A DNA stretch of 64,000 nucleotides, from the NCBI GenBank assembly GCA_041661405.1, contig JBAZUL010000006.1:1681-65680 (forward strand). The letters are read 5' to 3'. Made by a program: the position numbers and the translations under genes. This document shows, piece by piece, positions 36,685 to 44,535 of the stretch. Source of the stretch: Patescibacteria group bacterium. GTDB lineage: Bacteria; Patescibacteriota; Patescibacteriia; Patescibacteriales; JBAZCA01. The notes under the pieces were generated by a model that worked only from the letters and a program-made list of their open reading frames with translations, was not told where the DNA came from and searched no databases. Numbering within the stretch: the first letter of the stretch is position 1; every line of letters begins with the position of its first letter.

Positions 36685-37755
36685 ATGTTAAGATTAACTA
36701 AAACACTTATCGCGTTCGCCTGGTTTTCGCTAGTTTTAAAACTCGTAACCATGTCCCTGCCGTATTATCCCGAAGCGATTGAGCAAATTACCCTGGCTGA
36801 TAAGCTGGTTCATTTTATTTTGTTTGGCGCGCTCTTTTATCTTTTAACGGACGCGGTTTTAAAAAAAGATTTTTCTAAATGGAGATGGGCGGTTTACCCG
36901 AGCCTGATTTTCAGCGTCCTTTTTGCTTTTTTCACCGAGTATCTTCAGCTTTATATTCCGAGCCGCACCTCTTCTTTGTTTGACACTTCAGCCGGACTGG
37001 CTGGCATTGCTTTTTTCGGTTGGCTGGTCCGGAAGCGGATCAGAAGCGCTTCGGCGGCCGTCGAGGCGAATACGACGAACATAAAAAAATCCGGCGTCAA
37101 ACCGGAATTAAACAAGCCAAAACTGCTTTTGCATATCTGCTGTATCGGTTGCGGAGCTTTTGTAAGCCAGTCGTTAAAAGATGAATTTAAAATTACTCTG
37201 TTTTATTACAACCCCAATATTTTTCCGGTCGAAGAGTACGAAAAAAGGCTGGAAGAAACCCGAAGGATCGCGAAAAAATTCCGCCTGCCGCTGTTGGCCG
37301 GAGAATATGACCATAAAAAATGGCTGAAAAAAATTAAAGGTTTGGAAAAAGAGCCGGAAAAGGGTAAACGATGCCTTGTCTGCTATCGAGACCGGCTTAC
37401 GATGGCCGCCCGGACGGCCAAAGAAAAAGGGGATGATTTTTTTACTTCAACTCTTACCGTCAGTCCGCACAAAGACGCTAAAGCCATTAACGCGATCGGC
37501 AGAAAACTGGAGAAAAAATATAAGGTGAAATTTTACGAGGCGGATTTTAAGAAAAACGACGGCTTTAAAAAATCCTGCGCCCTGTCCCGCGAATTAGACC
37601 TTTACCGCCAGGATTACTGCGGGTGCGAATTTTCCCGGGAAAAACAGCCGCCGAAAAAAGGCCGGGTTGTTTCCGAAAAGCCGCTGGTTAAAACATCCGC
37701 GGGTAAAACCTCCGGAAAAATAAAGCCCGCCAAGCCATTGATAAATAACACATAA
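36685..37755 (+). CDS. queH: VanZ-like membrane domain fused to epoxyqueuosine reductase QueH (DUF208)
   Basis: N-terminal DKLVHF... and EYLQLYIPSRTSSLFD (VanZ-like). C-terminal LLLHICCIGCG, YYNPNIFPVEEYEKR, CLVCYRDRL and DYCGCEFS (QueH). Confidence 0.75.
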   Translation: MLRLTKTLIAFAWFSLVLKLVTMSLPYYPEAIEQITLADKLVHFILFGALFYLLTDAVLKKDFSKWRWAVYPSLIFSVLFAFFTEYLQLYIPSRTSSLFDTSAGLAGIAFFGWLVRKRIRSASAAVEANTTNIKKSGVKPELNKPKLLLHICCIGCGAFVSQSLKDEFKITLFYYNPNIFPVEEYEKRLEETRRIAKKFRLPLLAGEYDHKKWLKKIKGLEKEPEKGKRCLVCYRDRLTMAARTAKEKGDDFFTSTLTVSPHKDAKAINAIGRKLEKKYKVKFYEADFKKNDGFKKSCALSRELDLYRQDYCGCEFSREKQPPKKGRVVSEKPLVKTSAGKTSGKIKPAKPLINNT

Positions 37756-37794
37756 GAAGTTATAATTCAGTTATAAGTTATAAGCCACAAACCT

Positions 37795-38838
37795 ATGGAT
37801 TTGTCAAAATATTTTCAGGAAGCGATTGACAATAAAGCGTCGGATATTCATTTAGTTTCCGGAAGCATACCAGCCCACCGGATTAACGGCGAACTCATAA
37901 AATTAAACCACCATCCGCTGGACGGAAAAGAGCTGGAAAAGGCGATTTATTCGCTGATTGACAATGAGACTATGGAAAAATTCAAGCGGAAAAAAGAGCT
38001 GGATTTTTCCCGGGAATTTTTCGGTTCCCGCTTCCGTTTAAACCTCCATTTTCAGGAAGGAAAAATAGCTTTGGCCGGCCGGCTGGTCCCGAAGTATGTC
38101 CCCAAGCCGGAGGAAATTGACTTTAGCGAAGTGATTTACAAACTCACCCATCTGCAGGACGGACTGATTCTCGTTACCGGGCCTTCGGGTAACGGGAAAT
38201 CAACGACCCTCGCCACCATGATTGATATTATTAACCAGGAACGAAAGTCGCACATCATCACCATTGAAGATCCGATTGAATATATGTTTGAGGAAAAGCA
38301 AAGCATTATTGAGCAGAGAGAAGTCGGTTCAGACACTAACAGTTTCGCCCGGGCGTTAAAATACGCCTTGCGCGAAGACCCGAACGTAATTATGGTCGGA
38401 GAAATGCGGGATATTGAAACAATTTCCGCCTGCTTGACGGCGGCCGAGACCGGACATCTCGTCCTCTCCACTCTCCATACTTCAACCGCGCCGGAAACGA
38501 TTTCCCGCATCGTTGATGTTTTTCCCGCCCATCAGCAACAGGAAGTTCTAAACATGCTGTCCACGGTTTTGCGCGCCATCATCACCCAGCAGTTATTGCC
38601 GAAGAAAGGCGGCGGCCGGGTTGTAGCGCGGGAACTGCTTTTAAATAACCAGGCGGTCGCCAGCTTAATCAGAAGAAATCAGATCGGCCAGATTTTGACT
38701 GTCATCCAAACGAGCCATCAGGACGGGATGATTACCATGAACAAATCCATTGACCGGCTTTTGAGTAAGGGGCTCATAACCGAGGAAACGGCCAATAACC
38801 GGAAAAGAAACCTGGAAACCCAGGCGGTTTATTACTAA
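37795..38838 (+). CDS. pilT: Type IV pilus retraction ATPase PilT
   Basis: Walker A GPSGNGKST, an EDPIE Asp box, MVGEMRD, and STLHTS. Confidence 0.9.
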   Translation: MDLSKYFQEAIDNKASDIHLVSGSIPAHRINGELIKLNHHPLDGKELEKAIYSLIDNETMEKFKRKKELDFSREFFGSRFRLNLHFQEGKIALAGRLVPKYVPKPEEIDFSEVIYKLTHLQDGLILVTGPSGNGKSTTLATMIDIINQERKSHIITIEDPIEYMFEEKQSIIEQREVGSDTNSFARALKYALREDPNVIMVGEMRDIETISACLTAAETGHLVLSTLHTSTAPETISRIVDVFPAHQQQEVLNMLSTVLRAIITQQLLPKKGGGRVVARELLLNNQAVASLIRRNQIGQILTVIQTSHQDGMITMNKSIDRLLSKGLITEETANNRKRNLETQAVYY

Positions 38839-38843
38839 AACGT

Positions 38844-39173
38844 ATGGCTCCTGAACGCTGGAAAGACATTCTCGGGAATGTCAAAGATAAATTTAAGGTG
38901 GAAGACGAAGGAAGCTTTCATGACGAAGAAGAAGGCGGGGTTGACGTTGAGTTTATTATTTTTGCCGGTCCGCTCGGCCGGATGAGGCTTGAGTATTCGG
39001 TAAAACCGGCGGTGATTGACAAGAAAGTGAGTTTTTCCAACCGCATCGGATCAAGAAGCGAGGTAAAATATGTTTACAGCGATACGGAAAAAGTCCAGAA
39101 AATGAAAGCCTATAAATGGGACGATAATGATGAAAATTGGGTGGAAATGGAAGCGAAAAAATTTGATTTATAG
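38844..39173 (+). CDS. Hypothetical protein
   Basis: 109-aa ORF starting 5 nt after pilT. No motif recognised. Confidence 0.4.
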   Translation: MAPERWKDILGNVKDKFKVEDEGSFHDEEEGGVDVEFIIFAGPLGRMRLEYSVKPAVIDKKVSFSNRIGSRSEVKYVYSDTEKVQKMKAYKWDDNDENWVEMEAKKFDL

Positions 39174-39287
39174 GGCGTTGGAAAATATACTCTGTAAGGT
39201 TAATGTTTATGTTAAACTGTTATGTAAATATCATAAAACGCGGATATTTCGCGGACTAAAACGCGGGTTAACGCGGAAGAATAATGT

Positions 39288-39701
39288 ATGACAAGGAGAT
39301 ATAAACTGGTTAGCTACACCCTGATCGTCGGCCTCTTAGTTATGGTTTCGGCCGTCATCCTAACGTCCCGGCAACGGGCAAAGGGCCCGGACGGCGCCAT
39401 GCCCCCGGCCGGCGGCGAGAAGCTCACCGCTGATGGTTATAAAGAGAAGGCCCGGACAACGCTGGCCGGATACTCGGCAATAGCGGCTGGAGGGAATTTC
39501 ACCAGCGCGGAGATAAGTAAAATAAAGGATGATTTTCTCGCCATCAAAGGAATGCCGGGAGAATTTAAGGATCTTCACCTCCAATTAGTCATGGCCCTGA
39601 TTCAAATAGAAGACTCTTTAATAAGCGGCGACCAAAAAGCCCTGGCAGAAGGGCAAAAAAAAATTAACGAGGCCAAAGCGGCCAATATATGGCTGGAATA
39701 A
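39288..39701 (+). CDS. Hypothetical N-terminally anchored protein
   Basis: 137 aa with one TM helix (LVSYTLIVGLLVMVSAVIL). Confidence 0.4.
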   Translation: MTRRYKLVSYTLIVGLLVMVSAVILTSRQRAKGPDGAMPPAGGEKLTADGYKEKARTTLAGYSAIAAGGNFTSAEISKIKDDFLAIKGMPGEFKDLHLQLVMALIQIEDSLISGDQKALAEGQKKINEAKAANIWLE

Positions 39702-39702
39702 A

Positions 39703-40458
39703 ATGAAAAAACCATATTTTTTATCGGTAATAATTCCATTTTTTCTTTTTTTCTCGGCGGAACTTATTAATTTCCTTCCCGGGTCCATTTACTTTATCCT
39801 GCCGCTAGCGAACGCTTTAATTGTTTTCGCGATTTATGGCATCGTGAAGACATCATTTTACGGGCGACTGGACTTTCTTATTTTCCCGCTGGTTTTTTTT
39901 AACAGTTCCGTCGCTAATTTGCTCGTCCTTAATAATGAATTTTTAGTTCAAGGATTAATTTTTTTTTCCACCGGAATGGTCTGGTATTATCTCAAAGCCG
40001 TTTATTTTTTCCATCACGAGCCGCTTCTTTACAAGAGTTTTCAGATAAGAAACATTTCGGTTTACGGAAATTTTCTCGCGGTTTTTTTCTCTTCTTCGGC
40101 TCTTTTCGGAATGAGGTCGTTCCTTAACTGGCCGGTTTGGGGAATTATCCTGGTTTTGACATTTCTTCTTCTTGTTGTTATATATCAACTTAACTGGGCC
40201 CATAAAATCCCGCCGACTGATTCAAGCGTCCATATATTGGTCGGCTCTTTAATCCTTATTGAAATAGCCTGGTCACTCTCTTTTTTACCGCTTCGTTATT
40301 ATATTCTCGGCTTGCTTTTTTCCGCCGCTTACTACGTAATTACCGGGTTGACCAGACATTATCTTTCCGGAACGCTTAACGCGAAAAATGTCAAGGCGTA
40401 TATCGGCATCGGATTGTTCAGCGTAATTATAATACTTCTATCCGCCAGATGGATTTAG
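39703..40458 (+). CDS. Hypothetical polytopic membrane protein
   Basis: 251 aa, multiple hydrophobic helices, starts 1 nt after the previous stop. Confidence 0.45.
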   Translation: MKKPYFLSVIIPFFLFFSAELINFLPGSIYFILPLANALIVFAIYGIVKTSFYGRLDFLIFPLVFFNSSVANLLVLNNEFLVQGLIFFSTGMVWYYLKAVYFFHHEPLLYKSFQIRNISVYGNFLAVFFSSSALFGMRSFLNWPVWGIILVLTFLLLVVIYQLNWAHKIPPTDSSVHILVGSLILIEIAWSLSFLPLRYYILGLLFSAAYYVITGLTRHYLSGTLNAKNVKAYIGIGLFSVIIILLSARWI

Positions 40459-40574
40459 TCCGATTTACAACCCCGCAAATGCGGGGCAGGTTGAAAACCC
40501 GTAAGCCGGTTCGTCTGAACGGCGGGCGGGCGAGACAGATGATTAATTATTAATTAAGCCTGAATTAGCGATTT

Positions 40575-41711
40575 ATGTTTATAAAAATAAGGGAGAAAAA
40601 AAATTTCATACTAACGGTTTTACTTTCGCTCGTCTTCGGAATGGCGGGCGGACTGGGAATAATTATTATTTTTCAAAATTATCAGATCGGCGGGTTCGGT
40701 TCGCCTTTCGGTTCATTTGACGTTTCGTCAACCTTGGACGGGGGCCGGGTAATAATCCGCGAGCCGAAAAATTTAATTGTCCAGGAGGACGTTAAGATTA
40801 AAGAAACCGCGGATTCGGCGGCTGAAAGTTTGGTCGGTATATTTAAGAAAAAAGATATCCCTAAAACCGCGTCCCCGGCCGATGATTATACTGATTATTA
40901 TGTCTTGCCCGGAAGCGCGTCCGAGGGGCTCATTATTACCGGAGACGGCTGGATTATCGCGAAAAGTTTTGAGGCGAACGAAAAAAATATAGCCGCCAAT
41001 TACGCCGTGATTACGGCCGATAAAAAAATATTTCCCGTTGACTCGGCGGTGATGGACAAGGTAAGCGGTTATACTTTTTTAAAAATCAAAGCTAACGGAC
41101 TGCCGGTTAAAAGTTTTTCCCGTCTCGCCGGAGTTTATTCCGGTCTTTCGGTTTTGGCGGTCGGCCGGTCCGGAGAAATTTTTCCCGCTTACGCGACGGA
41201 AATAAAAATTCCGGCCGCGCCGGTTATGTCAAGCGACTATAATCCAAGGGAGATAATAGTCAGTTCCGCGGTAAAGGACGGGCTGAAAGGAACTTTCCTT
41301 TTTACTCTCGGAGGGGAGGCGGCCGGTTTTGTTAATCAGGACGGAAAAATTGAACATGCCAATAACTTCCTGCCTTCCGTTGAAAGCCTGCTTAAGTACG
41401 GAGTCGTTAAAAGGCCTTTCTTCGGCGCGAGTTACGTAAACTTAAAAGATCTGGCGGGTTTTCCCGAAGAGAAAGGCGCGCTAATCTCGTCCGCGGCCGG
41501 TTTAGAAGCCGTAAAAAAAGACAGCCCGGCGGCCAAGACCGGACTAATGAAAGGCGACATAATACTGGCAATAAACGGACTGGAAATTGACAAGAATAAC
41601 GACTTGGAGGCGGTTTTGGCCCAGTACCGGATCGGAGATAAAATAAAAGTAAAATTCAAGAGAAATACGGAAATAAAAGAGGTTGAAGCAATAATGGCAG
41701 AGATGAAATAA
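40575..41711 (+). CDS. HtrA-like membrane protein with PDZ domain but no recognisable catalytic triad
   Basis: The architecture parallels htrA (TM, trypsin-like body, PDZ). However, the TNxHV, DLAVLK and GNSGGP positions read IITGDGW, YTFLKIK and FTLGGEAAG. Confidence 0.55.
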   Translation: MFIKIREKKNFILTVLLSLVFGMAGGLGIIIIFQNYQIGGFGSPFGSFDVSSTLDGGRVIIREPKNLIVQEDVKIKETADSAAESLVGIFKKKDIPKTASPADDYTDYYVLPGSASEGLIITGDGWIIAKSFEANEKNIAANYAVITADKKIFPVDSAVMDKVSGYTFLKIKANGLPVKSFSRLAGVYSGLSVLAVGRSGEIFPAYATEIKIPAAPVMSSDYNPREIIVSSAVKDGLKGTFLFTLGGEAAGFVNQDGKIEHANNFLPSVESLLKYGVVKRPFFGASYVNLKDLAGFPEEKGALISSAAGLEAVKKDSPAAKTGLMKGDIILAINGLEIDKNNDLEAVLAQYRIGDKIKVKFKRNTEIKEVEAIMAEMK

Positions 41712-41722
41712 GGGATAAAAAA

Positions 41723-41760
41723 CTGCGGGGAACAAAAATTTTTGTTCCCCGCAGTTTTTT
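41723..41760. terminator. Strong intrinsic terminator (perfect 32-nt palindrome plus T6; A-run upstream makes it potentially bidirectional)
   Basis: ctgcggggaacaaaaa|tttttgttccccgcag, then tttttt. Confidence 0.85.
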
Positions 41761-41826
41761 ATTGGCGGAAATTATGTTATACTGGAATAAGGCATAGGGA
41801 ACTTTATTAATTCAAGGTTAGCGCGT

Positions 41827-43062
41827 ATGAAAGTAAAATCATTAAGAAAAATAAAGAATATCAGGAACAAAAAAGTTTTTTTAAGGCTGGATTTAAACGT
41901 CCCGTTAAAAAAAGGCAAGGTGCTAGATGATTTTAAAATCGCGGCCAGCCTGCCGACTATCCGCTATCTCCTGCGCTATAACTGCCGGATAATAATCGCG
42001 AGCCATCTTGAGCCGGTCGGCGGAGAAAAAAATACTTCCTTAAGGGGTGTGGCTAACAGGTTAGCGGAGATGCTTGGAAAAAAAGTGGCCTTTGTTCCGG
42101 ATTGTATCGGCGAAAAAGCCGAAAAAGCCGCGGAAAAACTCCGATTCGGGGAAATCCTTGTTCTTGAAAACCTGCGGGCGCGTAAAGGAGAAAAAGCCAA
42201 TGATAGAGCGTTTGCCCGGTCTCTAGCCGAGCTGGTTTGCGGGAGTTGCGGCTCCAGGACAAAAAGAATATTTAATAAATTATCCGGAAAAGAAAGCGAG
42301 GGAATCTATGTTAATGATTCTTTCGGGGTAGATCACCGCAAGCACGCTTCGGTCTCGGCCATAAAAAAATATTTGCCCGCTTACGCCGGACTGCTCGTTC
42401 TAAAAGAAATTGAGAATTTAAACCGAGCCATGAACCCGGCCCGGCCGGCCGTAGCGATTGTCGGCGGCGCCAAGATTTCTACGAAGATCAGCCTGATAAA
42501 AAGCCTTTTGCCGAAATACGACGCCATACTTATCGGTGGAGCCATGGCCAATAATTTTTTCGCGGCCCAGGGAATGGAAGTCGGGAAATCGCTCGTATCA
42601 AAGGAAGATATCGCTTTGGCCGGAAAATTAATTCCGTACGTTTTAAAGAAGAAAATAATCTTGCCCGTTGATGTCATTGCCTCTTCGGGAAAAACCAAGC
42701 CGGTTATAAGGCGCGTTACTCCGGATAAGGTAAAAAAGAGCGAATGTATTTTTGATATCGGTCCGGAAACCGTAAAACTCTACGCCAAGCATATCCGCGA
42801 AGCCAAAACCATTATCTGGAACGGCCCTATGGGAAAATTTGAAGAAAGGTCTTTTTCGCACGGCACCATGGCCATAGCGAGCGTTGTCGGCAGCCGTTCA
42901 AGCGGACACGCGTTCGGTATAGCCGGCGGGGGCGAAACCATGGACGCTTTAAAAAAGAGCCGGATGATGGAATATCTTGACTGGGCTTCAACCGGCGGCG
43001 GAGCCATGCTTTCTTATCTCGGGCGGGAAAAAATGCCGGGGCTGGAGGGGATCGTGAAATAA
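41827..43062 (+). CDS. pgk: Phosphoglycerate kinase
   Basis: LDLNVP, VNDSFGVDHRKHAS, GGAKISTKI, WNGPMGKFE and STGGGA. Confidence 0.9.
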   Translation: MKVKSLRKIKNIRNKKVFLRLDLNVPLKKGKVLDDFKIAASLPTIRYLLRYNCRIIIASHLEPVGGEKNTSLRGVANRLAEMLGKKVAFVPDCIGEKAEKAAEKLRFGEILVLENLRARKGEKANDRAFARSLAELVCGSCGSRTKRIFNKLSGKESEGIYVNDSFGVDHRKHASVSAIKKYLPAYAGLLVLKEIENLNRAMNPARPAVAIVGGAKISTKISLIKSLLPKYDAILIGGAMANNFFAAQGMEVGKSLVSKEDIALAGKLIPYVLKKKIILPVDVIASSGKTKPVIRRVTPDKVKKSECIFDIGPETVKLYAKHIREAKTIIWNGPMGKFEERSFSHGTMAIASVVGSRSSGHAFGIAGGGETMDALKKSRMMEYLDWASTGGGAMLSYLGREKMPGLEGIVK

Positions 43063-43089
43063 TAATAATTCATTAGGATTCAGACATCT

Positions 43090-44457
43090 ATGCCAAGGAT
43101 AAAAAATATCATTGCCCGGGAGATTTTGGATTCCCGGGGCAACCCAACGGTGGAAACGAGAATCGCGCTTGATAACGGGATAGCGGCTCGGGCCAGCGCG
43201 GCTTCGGCTTGTTCTTTTTGCGCGCCCGGAGCCGTTGGACTAAAGGATAATGACAAGAAAAGATATAACGGAATGGGCGTTTTAAAAGCCGTGGAAAATG
43301 TCAATAAAGTTATCGGCTCAAAATTGGTCGGCCTGGAAGCGGAAGAACAGGAAAAAATTGATAAGCTGATGATTGAACTGGACGGAACGGAAAATAAGAA
43401 AAAGCTCGGCGCTAATGCCATACTGTCGGTTTCTCTGGCATGCGCGCGGGTCGCGGCAAAGAGTTGTAAAAAAGAATTATATGAGTATATTGGTACAAAA
43501 TTCCAAATTCCACCCGCCCGAACGACTGTTCAGTCGGTCGGGAATCCCAAATCCCAAGGATTACCGGTTCCGTGTTTTAATATGTTTAATGGAGGAGAGC
43601 ATGGCGATACGAATTTGGATTTTAAGGAATACATGGTAATTCCGCTCATGTCCGGTTCTTCTGCCGCAACCCCCCTCACCCCCGACCCCTTTCCCGCTCA
43701 TGCTTCGCGGGCGAGGGGAGCTGAAATAAAAAGTTTTTCCGATATGGTTCGCATGGGGGCGGAAATTTATCATGAACTTGGGCGGGTTTTAAAAGAGGCC
43801 GGTTATGACACGGACACGGGGACGGAAGGCGGTTACGCGCCGGACATGCATTCTTCAATCCAGGCCATGGAGTTAATCATGGCCGCGGGGGTCCGCGCCG
43901 GGTATAAGCCGGGAGAAGATTTCGGGCTTGGTATTGATATCGGTTCCGGGAGCCTGTATAATAAGGAAACCGGAAAATATATTTTTAAATTGGATCAGGC
44001 TAATTTTACGAGCGCTAATCTAACCGGATTGTATTATGAGTGGTTTCGGAAATACCCGATTGTTTATCTTGAAGACGGACTTTCCGCTGATGACCTTTCC
44101 GGCTGGAAAGACTTAACCCGCTCGCTCGGGCCGGAAATCGCTCTGGCCGGCGATAACTTTTTCGCGGCCGGCATAAAGCGGGTAAGAGAGGCGCTAAAAG
44201 AAAAAATCGCCAACACGGTTGTATTGAAACCCGGACAAGCCGGCACCCTTACCGAAACCATTGAATGCGCTTTGCTCGCGAAAAAACACGGCTATAAAAT
44301 TGCCGTATCAGCGCGGGGCGGCGAAACAAACGACGATTTTATTTCCGATCTGGCCGTCGCCCTTGGCGCCGAATATTTTAAAGCCGGATCATTGTCCAGA
44401 GGTGAGAGAGTTTCAAAATACAATAGGTTGATGGAGATTGAGGAAAATGTAAAATGA
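43090..44457 (+). CDS. eno: Enolase homologue (divergent, with in-frame insertion)
   Basis: DSRGNPTVE, NGGEHGD, TEGGYAP, LEDGL, GGETND and SKYNRLMEIEE. Confidence 0.85.
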   Translation: MPRIKNIIAREILDSRGNPTVETRIALDNGIAARASAASACSFCAPGAVGLKDNDKKRYNGMGVLKAVENVNKVIGSKLVGLEAEEQEKIDKLMIELDGTENKKKLGANAILSVSLACARVAAKSCKKELYEYIGTKFQIPPARTTVQSVGNPKSQGLPVPCFNMFNGGEHGDTNLDFKEYMVIPLMSGSSAATPLTPDPFPAHASRARGAEIKSFSDMVRMGAEIYHELGRVLKEAGYDTDTGTEGGYAPDMHSSIQAMELIMAAGVRAGYKPGEDFGLGIDIGSGSLYNKETGKYIFKLDQANFTSANLTGLYYEWFRKYPIVYLEDGLSADDLSGWKDLTRSLGPEIALAGDNFFAAGIKRVREALKEKIANTVVLKPGQAGTLTETIECALLAKKHGYKIAVSARGGETNDDFISDLAVALGAEYFKAGSLSRGERVSKYNRLMEIEENVK

Positions 44458-44535
44458 CAATGCTGAAGAATTTAAAATTTTAAATTTAAAATTAATCATC
44501 AATCGTTTCGCATTATTCTGTTATTGAATTCATTT

